DNA of 64,000 bases from an uncultured delta proteobacterium (GTDB lineage Bacteria; Desulfobacterota; Zymogenia; Zymogenales; Zymogenaceae), in contig CAWBYW010000009.1 of NCBI GenBank assembly GCA_963792965.1, positions 160,001 through 224,000 of the forward strand. The letters run 5' to 3'. Position numbers and translations under genes: made by a program. The notes under the pieces were generated by a model that was not told where the DNA came from, made no database searches, and saw only the letters and a list, made by a program, of their open reading frames with translations. Of the stretch, positions 39,010 through 48,210 are shown in pieces. Every line of letters starts with the position of its first letter. Within the stretch, counting starts at the first letter, position 1.

Positions 39010-40503
39010 ATGGACAACTATGACGTAATCGTCGTCGGCGCGGGGAACGCCGGCCTGACCGCGGCCACCGCCCTCTCCCAGAAGGGGGTAAAGGTGCTCG
39101 TCCTGGAGCGACACAACATCCCGGGCGGATGCGCCACGAGCTTCATGCGGGGGAGGTTCGAGTTCGAGATCGCCCTTCACCAGCTCTCCGGCGTCGGGAC
39201 TCCCCAATTCCCCGGTCCCTTGAGAAACCTCTTCACCGACCTGAGGATCGCAGATAAGATCGACCTCGTCGAGATGACGGACCTCTACCGGCTCGTCGTT
39301 CCGGGAATCCTCGATATTACCCTCAAGCCCGATCGCGCCAAGATCGTCGCGGATCTCTCGGAGCGTTTCCCCGACGAAAAGGACGCGATCGAGAAATTCT
39401 TCAACCTCATTTACGACTTTTTCGGTCAATTCCTTGCCGCCGTCGCGCGCAAAGGGGTAGACGTCACCCCCGCTGAGTTCCCCCTTTACTTCACGTATCT
39501 GTTCCGGAACGCCCAGCAGGTCCTCGACGAATACTTCACGGATCCCTACCTCAAGCTCACTATTGCCGCATACTGGCCCTATGCGGGTCTGCCGCCGCGC
39601 CTCATCTCCTTTGCGTTCCTGGCGGGGATGCTGTTCGGTTATATCGAATTCAAGCCGTGGCACGTGCTCGGCGGGTCCCAGGCGATATCCAATGCCCTGG
39701 CCGACGCCATCATAACGAGCGGGGGCGAGATCCGCTTCAACTGCGCCGTCAAAAAGATCATCATCAAAGACGGGAAAGCCTGCGGCGTCGTTACGGAAGA
39801 TGGGCAGACGATCGATGCCAAATACGTCGTCTCCAACGCGTTTCGTGCCAACACCTATCTCGACCTTCTGGACCCCGACCAGATCGATCCGTCGGTTGTT
39901 CACAGCCTCAGGGGGAAATCGATCGGCCCGTCGGCCATTACCATCTATATGGGGTTTGACTGCGAGCCGGAAGAGATGGGCATCACCGAATCGACAAACT
40001 TCATCTATCCCGACGCGGATATGGAAAAGGCCTATGACCGGATGAAGGTCATCGACACTACGGACAGCGCAATGCTCCTTACCTGCTACGACAAGATGCA
40101 CCCTGACTTCTCGCCAAAGGGGGCGTGCCAGGCGGCGCTGGTCAATCTCAAATATACCGAGCCGTGGCTGCGCGTCCCGCCCCACCGATACTTCGAGGAA
40201 AAGTTCAAGTGGGCCGATCTCATGCTCAAGGACGCCGAGAAGGTCTTCCCAAAGCTCCGGGACCACATCGAGGAGATCGAGGTCTCCACGCCGCTGACCC
40301 ACATGAGATACCTCGGGCACATCCACGGGTCAATCTATGGCTTTGACCAGTTCATGAAGGATCAAGCGCCGTTTGCCACCTTCAAGTCCCCTGTTCCGGG
40401 CCTCTTCGAGACCGGGGCGTCGGTCGCCGGCGGCGGGTTCCAGCCGACGCTCGAAAACGGGGCCAAGGTCGCCCGCGTCATACTCAAAGAGATGGGAGCA
40501 TAA
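39010..40503 (+). CDS. Phytoene desaturase-like NAD(P)/FAD-dependent oxidoreductase
   Basis: YDVIVVGAGNAG, LERHNIPGG, GGSQAISNAL, STPLTHMRY...GSIYG; start after GGAGG. Confidence 0.85.
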   Translation: MDNYDVIVVGAGNAGLTAATALSQKGVKVLVLERHNIPGGCATSFMRGRFEFEIALHQLSGVGTPQFPGPLRNLFTDLRIADKIDLVEMTDLYRLVVPGILDITLKPDRAKIVADLSERFPDEKDAIEKFFNLIYDFFGQFLAAVARKGVDVTPAEFPLYFTYLFRNAQQVLDEYFTDPYLKLTIAAYWPYAGLPPRLISFAFLAGMLFGYIEFKPWHVLGGSQAISNALADAIITSGGEIRFNCAVKKIIIKDGKACGVVTEDGQTIDAKYVVSNAFRANTYLDLLDPDQIDPSVVHSLRGKSIGPSAITIYMGFDCEPEEMGITESTNFIYPDADMEKAYDRMKVIDTTDSAMLLTCYDKMHPDFSPKGACQAALVNLKYTEPWLRVPPHRYFEEKFKWADLMLKDAEKVFPKLRDHIEEIEVSTPLTHMRYLGHIHGSIYGFDQFMKDQAPFATFKSPVPGLFETGASVAGGGFQPTLENGAKVARVILKEMGA

Positions 40504-40515
40504 AAGGGAGGAGAG

Positions 40516-41673
40516 ATGAAAGACTCATTTTTAAGTCAATTCGACGGCTATGAGGAGATCCGCGAGGAGTTCGAGAGCGCAAGAAAAATCGGCGCCGACC
40601 TCACCTACGAGCGCGGCATGGCCCAGGACTATATCAACCGGCTCCACCCCAAGGAGCTTTCCCTTGAAGTAACGCGGGTCATCGAAGAGAGCGCGTCGAC
40701 GAAGACCTTCCGCTTTGTATCGAAGGACCTTCCCCTTCCCCCCTTCATGGCGGGACAGTACGTCACCCTTGTCGTCGAGACGCCGGGCGTCAGGACCGGG
40801 AGGCCCCTTTCGATTTCATCGCCCCCCACTCAGATCGCCTACTGGGACCTGACCGTGCGCAGGGTGGAAAAAGGCCTGGTCTCAAACTTCCTGCTTGACC
40901 GCATTAAGGTCGGGGACGTCTTTGTGAGCTCGGGGCCCGCCGGGTCGTTCTACCCCAACCCGCTGGTCCATACAGGCGCGCTGGTGGCGATCGCGGGGGG
41001 AAGCGGCGTCACCCCGTTCATGAGCATGATCCGGCGGATCGTCGATCTGGGGCTCGAACAGACGATCTATCTCTTCTACGGGAGCCGGACGAGCGATGAC
41101 GTCATCTTTCACGCGGAGCTGACCGATATCGCCGCCTCCGCCAAGAATATCCATTACATCCCCGTGATCGAAAAGCCGCCAAAGGGATACCAGGGCCATA
41201 CCGGCTTTATTACGGCCGACGTGATCAAAAAGGAGATCGGGAGTGTGGCCGGTAAGACCTTCCTCCTCTGCGGGCCGCAGGCGATGTACGACTTTTGCCT
41301 GCCCGAGCTGGCAAAGCTCGGCGTCTCCCCCAGGAAGATCAAGCGCGAGATGTACGGCGCGCCGGTCAATATCAGCCACTACCCGGGGTGGCCCAAAGCG
41401 GTCAAGGAAGGCGACACATTCGCGGTGAGCGTCAGGGGGGGGAAAAGCTTCAAGGCGCAGGCAGGGGTCTCGCTCCTTTCCTCTCTTGAGAAAAACGGGG
41501 TCATCGTGCCGTTCCTCTGCAGGTCGGGGGAGTGCAGCATGTGCCGCCTGAGAGTGACCGGGGGAAGGATCTACCAACCCCCGGGCACGCCGGTGAGGAG
41601 CTCGGACACAAAATACGGGTACGTCCACTCCTGTGTCTCTTTTCCCATCGAGGATCTCGAGATCCTCATCTGA
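40516..41673 (+). CDS. FAD/NAD-binding oxidoreductase with C-terminal 2Fe-2S ferredoxin
   Basis: RPLSISS, GLVS, AGGSGVTP, LCGP, CRSGECSMC...C. Confidence 0.88.
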   Translation: MKDSFLSQFDGYEEIREEFESARKIGADLTYERGMAQDYINRLHPKELSLEVTRVIEESASTKTFRFVSKDLPLPPFMAGQYVTLVVETPGVRTGRPLSISSPPTQIAYWDLTVRRVEKGLVSNFLLDRIKVGDVFVSSGPAGSFYPNPLVHTGALVAIAGGSGVTPFMSMIRRIVDLGLEQTIYLFYGSRTSDDVIFHAELTDIAASAKNIHYIPVIEKPPKGYQGHTGFITADVIKKEIGSVAGKTFLLCGPQAMYDFCLPELAKLGVSPRKIKREMYGAPVNISHYPGWPKAVKEGDTFAVSVRGGKSFKAQAGVSLLSSLEKNGVIVPFLCRSGECSMCRLRVTGGRIYQPPGTPVRSSDTKYGYVHSCVSFPIEDLEILI

Positions 41674-41823
41674 TCGGAAGTTCGCGGGATGGCGTCCGAA
41701 AACAGATCGGATTGATGCCCGGAATAGCGACCCTGCCGTCCTGACGCGACGGCTCCTGAAAGTAAAAAACAAGGCGTCCGCACAAAGTGCGGGCGCCTTG
41801 TTCGTGTTACCCTACCCCGACGA

Positions 41824-42573
41824 TCAGCCGGCCTTCCTCATAACGAAAAAGACATACCCATAGTATTTCGAATACTTCCGGTACATGTGTATTTCGCGCT
41901 CCATCGTCCGGCACAGCTCCTCGACGCGCTCGTTTCCCGGATACTTGCCCCGCATCCGTTCTATCCCCGTCTCCATAGGACGGTTATAGCCCTCCCACCA
42001 TACCGATTCGGGCAGCGTGAAGCTGCCGATCGTCTCATAGCCCGTCCGATCGATGCATTCGAGGCTTTCCGCCGCGCTCAGGATAGCCGGGTATTCCTTC
42101 CCGAAGAAGGCCGCGATCTCCTGCGGCGGGTCGTCTTTGATCCAGCAGAGATCGGTAACCGCCATGTACCCGCCGGGTTTCAAGAACTGCTTGAATTCCT
42201 TAAGCCCCCGCTCGAACCCGATGATGAAGATCGCGCCTTCCGACCAGACGACGTCAAAACTTCCCCTTTCGAACCCGGGGGAAAACATCGACCGGTTGAC
42301 CGTCTTGATCTTCTCGGAGAAGCCCTCGCGGGACGCCCTGCGTTTTAGTTCATCCAGGAACGGCTGGTGGTTGTCCAGGGCCGTGATCGTTCCGTTGATA
42401 TTTTTTGCCAGCTCGATCGTCTGCATCCCTGCTCCACAGCCGATGTCCAGGAGACGAACGGTAGCGGGAAGCGCCCGCATCATGGACAACGCCTTCCTTG
42501 TCGACTCGTTGTCTCCGGGTCCCTGTCGCGGGAGGTCGTTAAACAGCTCGTAGAAATATGAATCTAACTCCAT
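41824..42573 (-). CDS. Class I SAM-dependent methyltransferase
   Basis: PRQGPG, LDIGCGAG, DVVWSEGA, YGYVFFV. Confidence 0.88.
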   Translation of the reverse strand: MELDSYFYELFNDLPRQGPGDNESTRKALSMMRALPATVRLLDIGCGAGMQTIELAKNINGTITALDNHQPFLDELKRRASREGFSEKIKTVNRSMFSPGFERGSFDVVWSEGAIFIIGFERGLKEFKQFLKPGGYMAVTDLCWIKDDPPQEIAAFFGKEYPAILSAAESLECIDRTGYETIGSFTLPESVWWEGYNRPMETGIERMRGKYPGNERVEELCRTMEREIHMYRKYSKYYGYVFFVMRKAG

Positions 42574-42933
42574 CGTTTTTTCTTCCTTGTTCTGATCCGT
42601 AAATAGTTCTCACGTTTTTGCACCCTTAAGGACCCAACAAGATCACGACAGCGTTTCATCCAAACCTCTCTTTAAATAGGGTAAAAGCTCCCGGCCATTA
42701 TAATGGAAGGATCCCGGACACGCAAACATAATTAGCTGGTATCCGTTTGTCCTCCCAACTGCTTCCTGCATCGTCAGTGAGCGCGTTTTTGGATGAATTC
42801 GGGCCTATTTGCCCCAAAAATCATATATCGGCCTTGCAGACAGGCAATTTATATCTTGATTTTATTCTAATCTTCCTGTTACTATTCTAAAGATAAAGTT
42901 CTTACGAAACAAAAAGACGCACAGGAGGTCCTT

Positions 42934-43791
42934 ATGATACACCGAACCATAAAGACGATGCTCATCTGTGTCACGCTCTTAGCCGTTCTTGCACCCGCCG
43001 CTTTCTCCGCCGAGGAGACGGTCCTGATCAGTGACATTCTCCAGAACCCCACCCGGTTCATCAACAAGACCGTCACGCTTTCTGGGCGCGTCGACAGCTC
43101 CTTCCCACCCCAGGGAACAACGCCCGGCTACTACATGCTCGTTGACGACAGCCTGCAGCAGATCCCCGTCTCCACGTTCACGCCCGCCGGCCCCGGCGCC
43201 CAGATTACCGTCGAGGGTATCGTGCTGATCGATGAGGCAACGGGCCAACCCTATCTCAAAGAGACCAAAGTGATCACCGGATGGGGCTCGCCCACGCTCA
43301 TCTGGGCCATCGTAATCGGGGCAGTGGTGCTCATCCTGATCATCATTCTCGTCATGGTGCTGAGAAAGCCCGCTAAGGCTCCGCAGCCGTCGCTGGCCGC
43401 GGGACCGACCCCGACGAAGGGGGCGCCCCGCACCGAGAAGCTGAGCGAATCCGAGGCGCGGGCCCTTGCCGGACGTCCTAAGACCGAGAAGGTGCCTTCG
43501 AAACCCGCGCAGCTCTCGATCCTCACGGGCGAGAAGAAGGGTGAAGACATCTTCCTGGTGACCGAAAACGTTATCGGCAGCGACAAAGGCAACATTCGCT
43601 TCAAAGACCGTGGAGTCTCCGGCGAGCACGCCCGGATCAATTTCGTCGGCAACAAATACGTCCTGACCAACGTGAGCCTGACCAACCCCACCATGGTCAA
43701 CGGCAAGGCCGTTGACGGCGACCATGAGCTCAAGAATAACGACGAGATTCTCATGGGAACGGTCAAGGCGAAATTCAGCCTGGTGAAATAG
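42934..43791 (+). CDS. Membrane protein: signal peptide, OB-fold-like domain, TM, C-terminal FHA domain
   Basis: AFSA signal; ISDILQNP..FINKTVTLSG; TM; VSGEHARI, TNPTMVNG, LKNNDEILMG. Confidence 0.8.
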   Translation: MIHRTIKTMLICVTLLAVLAPAAFSAEETVLISDILQNPTRFINKTVTLSGRVDSSFPPQGTTPGYYMLVDDSLQQIPVSTFTPAGPGAQITVEGIVLIDEATGQPYLKETKVITGWGSPTLIWAIVIGAVVLILIIILVMVLRKPAKAPQPSLAAGPTPTKGAPRTEKLSESEARALAGRPKTEKVPSKPAQLSILTGEKKGEDIFLVTENVIGSDKGNIRFKDRGVSGEHARINFVGNKYVLTNVSLTNPTMVNGKAVDGDHELKNNDEILMGTVKAKFSLVK

Positions 43792-44019
43792 CCCTTCAAG
43801 CGTGTCGAAATGGGGGAAATGAGACAAACCGTGATCGATTTTCCCCCTTTCATTTAACCGCCCGCGTACCGATTCCGTATCAAATACGGACTGCTTTTCT
43901 GTGCGCGCGGCCGTGCCGGAGAAGCTGTGCGTTTATAGAGAGACACCGATGCCACAACCATCTCTCTTTCCATCAATCGCTGAGGCCCCGGGAAAACCGG
44001 GGCCCTTCCCGGGTGTTCT

Positions 44020-46131
44020 ATGAAAACATGCCCTTCGTGCGGACATGCCAACGCCGACGAGTCGATCTTCTGCGAAGAGTGCTCCCAGCGCCTGGATGGA
44101 GCAACTGATCCTTTCGTCGACACCATCGTCGACGGACGCTACCAGGTGGTCAGGAAGATCGCCGAGGGAGGAATGGGGGTGGTCTATTTCGCCAAGAACG
44201 TCCGGCTCGACGTTGACGCCGCCCTTAAGGTATTGCACCCGGATCTGGCCCGAAACAAGAAGTTCCTCTCCCGGTTTGAGAACGAGGCCAAGACGGTGGT
44301 GCGCCTGCGCCACCAGAACATCGTCCAGGTCTTTGATACCGGCCCCATCCGCGACACCTACTACATCGCGATGGAGTTTATCCAGGGCGAGGACCTCGTT
44401 GACATCATCGAAAAAAGAGGGAAGCTTCCTCTCGAGGAGGCCTTCTATATCGCCGTCCAGGCGGCGCAGGGGCTTGCTTACGCGCACGAGCGCGGGATTC
44501 TCCACCGGGACATAAAGCCCGCAAACATCATCATCGAGCCCTCGGGCCGCACCGTTATTACCGACTTCGGGATAGCGCGGTCAGCCAAGGCGAAAAGCGA
44601 CACGACCATCGGCTCGGTCGTCGGGACGCCGGAATACATGAGCCTGGAGCAGCTCAAGGGAATGGATATCGACGCGCGCGCCGATATCTACTCCCTCGGT
44701 GTGGTCCTCTATGAGATGCTCACCGGCGTATCGCCGTTTCGGGCCGAGGAGAGTGTCTCGGCCATCGCCAAGGTGCTCAGCGAAACGGCCCCCCCCATCG
44801 AGGAGCTCAGGCCCGATCTCCCCGAATGGGCGGTAGCTATCGTCAAAAAGGCGATGGCCAAGGAGAGGAAGGAGCGCTTCGGCAGTGCCGAAGAGCTCAT
44901 CGCCCAGATCTCTCATCACATGGCCGACTCGTCCTTCATTATCCCGAAAGTCTCATTGACGAGAAAAACAAGGAGCACCCGGTTGACATCGCTGGTCAAT
45001 GAGCTCACCGCAAACGTCCGACGGCTGCCGCGCCGGCAGCAAATGCTGACGGCGGCCCTTGCCTCACTCATCGTGGTCGGGGTAATCGTGACGGGTGTCT
45101 TGCTGGTCAAGTCGCTCAATTTCTCGCTCAGGTCTCTCTTCTCGTCCGGCACCGCGCCGCTCGGCACGTCCCGGGAGGCCGACCGGGTGTGGGGGTTCAA
45201 GACGTTCGGCCCCATCGACGCATCGCCTCTCGTCTCCGGCACAACCGTCTACGTCGGAAGCGGCGACGGCACCCTCTACGCCGTCACGACCGGCAAGGGA
45301 AATCAGCTCTGGGTCTTCAAAGCCGAGGACGCAATCAATACCACCCCGGCCGCCTGGTGGAAGACCGTCTATTTCGGGAGCGACGATCATTCGCTCTACG
45401 CCGTGGCCAACAGAAATGGGGAACTCGTCTGGCGCTTCACGACGGGCGGCGACGTGAGGTCCTCTCCCGAGCTCACCGACAGGCTCGTCATCTTCGGCAG
45501 CAATGACGACATCCTCTACGCCGTCGATAAGTCAAGCGGGGAGGAGGTCTGGCGCTTCAAGACGAAGGGCAAGATCGTCTCATCGCCGGCGGCGTGGGGA
45601 AATCTCGTCTACTTCGGGAGCTTTGATAATCGCTTCTACGCACTCGACATCACATCTGGAAAGGAAGCCTGGCGTTTTGAGACCAACGGTGACATCGAGT
45701 CGTCACCTGTCGTCACGAGGTCGCTTGTGCTGTTTGGCAGCGACGACGATTACCTGTATGCGCTTGACAGGACGACAGGCAAAGAAGTCTGGCGCTTCGA
45801 AACGGACGGTGACGTCGTCGGTCGGCCCGCCGTCAATTGGGATACCGTCTACGTCGGCAGCCGCGACGGCTCGGTCTACGCCGTTGACCTCCAAACCGGG
45901 AAACTTAAATGGCGCCACAAGACGGGCGGGGATATCTGCTCTTCTCCCGCGCTCACGGAGCGATCGGTACTGATCGGAAGCGATGACGGCAATGCCTATG
46001 CGCTCAGTCTCACGGATGGGTCCGAGCGATGGAGGGCAAAGACGGGGGGCAAGGTCAGGTCGGGTCCGGCCGTGTCCGACGGTACGGCCTATTTTGGGAG
46101 CCGGGACGGGTACCTGTACGCCGTCAGATAA
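44020..46131 (+). CDS. Hanks-type Ser/Thr kinase with zinc ribbon, TM and PQQ-like beta-propeller
   Basis: CPSC..CEEC; EGGMGVVY, HRDIKPAN, DFG, GTPEYMS; eight W-x-F-x-T-x-G-x-I/V-x-S-x-P repeats. Confidence 0.93.
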   Translation: MKTCPSCGHANADESIFCEECSQRLDGATDPFVDTIVDGRYQVVRKIAEGGMGVVYFAKNVRLDVDAALKVLHPDLARNKKFLSRFENEAKTVVRLRHQNIVQVFDTGPIRDTYYIAMEFIQGEDLVDIIEKRGKLPLEEAFYIAVQAAQGLAYAHERGILHRDIKPANIIIEPSGRTVITDFGIARSAKAKSDTTIGSVVGTPEYMSLEQLKGMDIDARADIYSLGVVLYEMLTGVSPFRAEESVSAIAKVLSETAPPIEELRPDLPEWAVAIVKKAMAKERKERFGSAEELIAQISHHMADSSFIIPKVSLTRKTRSTRLTSLVNELTANVRRLPRRQQMLTAALASLIVVGVIVTGVLLVKSLNFSLRSLFSSGTAPLGTSREADRVWGFKTFGPIDASPLVSGTTVYVGSGDGTLYAVTTGKGNQLWVFKAEDAINTTPAAWWKTVYFGSDDHSLYAVANRNGELVWRFTTGGDVRSSPELTDRLVIFGSNDDILYAVDKSSGEEVWRFKTKGKIVSSPAAWGNLVYFGSFDNRFYALDITSGKEAWRFETNGDIESSPVVTRSLVLFGSDDDYLYALDRTTGKEVWRFETDGDVVGRPAVNWDTVYVGSRDGSVYAVDLQTGKLKWRHKTGGDICSSPALTERSVLIGSDDGNAYALSLTDGSERWRAKTGGKVRSGPAVSDGTAYFGSRDGYLYAVR

Positions 46132-46207
46132 TCTGAATCGATAGAGAGACGCCGTCCCATTTTGTCGATATCGGGCAGATCCGCAGGGCGGCATCGGTGG
46201 ACTGAAG

Positions 46208-47212
46208 ATGTACACGCACAAAGACATTCCCGTCACCCTTGCGGGGGCAAGCGACGTGGGGCTCGTCAGAGAAGAGAACGAGGATAGCTTTCTGATACGG
46301 CATATCAAGCGAAGGCAGCGGGGCCCCTTCGAAATTCGGGCGCTTCTCATAGTTGCCGACGGCATGGGCGGACACGTGGGCGGGCAGGAGGCGAGCCGTA
46401 CGGTCGTTTCCTTCATCGATCAGCTCTTTACCCCGCGACATCGGGACGCCCAGGCGCATTTTGGAGACGATATCTTTTCCTTTATCGGGGGCGTTATCCG
46501 CGAGGCAGATGTCCGGGTGAACGAGATCGGGAAGGGAGGCGATAAGCCCCCCGGCACCACGTTCACCGGCGCCTTTATTGTCGACAACCAGGCGTTCATC
46601 GGGCACATCGGCGACAGCAGGGCCTACCAGATACGAAACGACGAGATCCTGCCGCTCACCCGTGACCACTCCTACGTGGCGCACCTCGTCAGCGAGGGGA
46701 AGCTGTCGCCCGAAGAGGCAAAGGATTTCCCGCAGAAGAATATCCTCATGAGGTCTCTCGGCACCGAGGGTGGGGTGAAGGTGGACGAGCCGCGCCAGAT
46801 CCACGTCATGGACGGGGACGTGTTGTTGTTATGCACCGACGGACTCTGGGACCTCGTCTCGGACAAGGAGATCGTCGCCGTCGTCCAGGATCAGAGAGAC
46901 CTCAACAAGGCCTGCAGGAAGCTGATTCGGATAGCCAAATCTCGGGGTGGACACGACAACATCACCGTCGCGCTGGCGCGCTTCGGGTCGTTCAAGAAAG
47001 GGAGGGCGCTGTCTCTGGCGCACCTGGCCGATATCGTCTCCATTCGATCGCCGGGACGGCTCGGGAGGATACTCGTCCGGGCACTCCTCTACGGCTCCGT
47101 CTTCATTCTTTCGGCCGTGTTGATACTGATTGTGCTCTTTGTGCTCAACGAAGCATCGATTCTCAGGGTCCCCCTGCCGTTTGACGCCCTCAAGAAAATG
47201 CTTACCGGATAG
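46208..47212 (+). CDS. PP2C-type Ser/Thr phosphatase (Stp1/PrpC family) with C-terminal TM
   Basis: SDVGLVREENED, VADGMGGH, GDSRAY, LCTDGL, GGHDNIT. Confidence 0.93.
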   Translation: MYTHKDIPVTLAGASDVGLVREENEDSFLIRHIKRRQRGPFEIRALLIVADGMGGHVGGQEASRTVVSFIDQLFTPRHRDAQAHFGDDIFSFIGGVIREADVRVNEIGKGGDKPPGTTFTGAFIVDNQAFIGHIGDSRAYQIRNDEILPLTRDHSYVAHLVSEGKLSPEEAKDFPQKNILMRSLGTEGGVKVDEPRQIHVMDGDVLLLCTDGLWDLVSDKEIVAVVQDQRDLNKACRKLIRIAKSRGGHDNITVALARFGSFKKGRALSLAHLADIVSIRSPGRLGRILVRALLYGSVFILSAVLILIVLFVLNEASILRVPLPFDALKKMLTG

Positions 47213-47249
47213 GGGAAATGGGATAGCGAGAAAAATCGGGGGTGAAACG

Positions 47250-47277
47250 GGGGGAGCCTGTTTAACAGGCTCCCCCT
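47250..47277. terminator. Hairpin between convergent genes
   Basis: gggggagcctg-tttaa-caggctccccc. Confidence 0.6.
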
Positions 47278-47283
47278 TCGTTG

Positions 47284-48174
47284 TTAGGACACCATCTCAT
47301 CGATGATCGCCTTGACGGGCTTGATCTCTTTTATGAGGGCGGCCACGTCGCCCGCCCCCGCCGGGAAGAGGTCAAAATCCCCGGTCGTCCAGGCCTTCCC
47401 CGCGTTCATATAGCTGTATTCGGACATAAGATCGGCCTTCGGGTCGCCCATCAGCGCCCTGAGCTTCTCGTTGACGATCGTGCGCATCGTCATCCTGCCC
47501 ATCGGCAACAGCGCCGTCCCGCCGTCGGGGCATTTCACGATCGCCTCCTTCCATGCGGCCGGTGCCTCGCTCTCATCACAGGCGATAAAGCGTGTGCCGA
47601 CCTGCACCCCCTCGGCGCCGAGCGCTAACGCCGCCCGATAACCCCGGGAATCCGCGATCCCGCCTGCGGCGACCACCGGAATCGAGACGTGATCGACCAC
47701 CAGAGGGACCAGCACCATCGTCGAGGACTCGGGGTTGATCGAGCGCAGCCCACCGGCCTCCGCGCCGCAGACGACCAGGCCGTCGGCCCCCGCCTGTTCG
47801 GCCGCAATCGCGTGGGGCAGCGACAACAACACGTGAAGCCCCTTCATCCCAAGGGCATGGATATCGGGGAAGATCTTCTTGGGGGAGCCGGCCGACGTGG
47901 TGACAACCCTGACGCCCACCGCCGCCAATACCTCGAGGATTTCCTTATTTGCCCCGTTCATGATCATGAGGTTCGCCCCGAAGGGCTTGTCGGTCAGGGC
48001 CCGAACCTCGCCGACGAGTCTTTTCGCGTCCTCGGGCCCGGAAAATCCCATCGCAAGCATCCCAAACCCTCCCGCCTCACAGATCGCCGCCACGAGCTTT
48101 GGGCTGTTCATCGCGCCGATCGGCCCCTGGATGATCGGGTAGCGGCTGCCGAGAATATCGCTGAGTCTGCTCAT
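47284..48174 (-). CDS. Nitronate monooxygenase / FabK-like enoyl reductase family flavoprotein
   Basis: YPIIQG, KPFGAN, GAEAGG, VVAAGGIAD, GVQVGTRF. Confidence 0.85.
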   Translation of the reverse strand: MSRLSDILGSRYPIIQGPIGAMNSPKLVAAICEAGGFGMLAMGFSGPEDAKRLVGEVRALTDKPFGANLMIMNGANKEILEVLAAVGVRVVTTSAGSPKKIFPDIHALGMKGLHVLLSLPHAIAAEQAGADGLVVCGAEAGGLRSINPESSTMVLVPLVVDHVSIPVVAAGGIADSRGYRAALALGAEGVQVGTRFIACDESEAPAAWKEAIVKCPDGGTALLPMGRMTMRTIVNEKLRALMGDPKADLMSEYSYMNAGKAWTTGDFDLFPAGAGDVAALIKEIKPVKAIIDEMVS

Positions 48175-48210
48175 ACACATCACCTCAATAGTCTATCGAT
48201 AGCGGCCGCC

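Noticed and set aside
45180-46130. ~120-bp periodic DNA repeats (possible array)
   Set aside because: They encode the eight PQQ-type propeller blades of the kinase; not CRISPR or a non-coding array.
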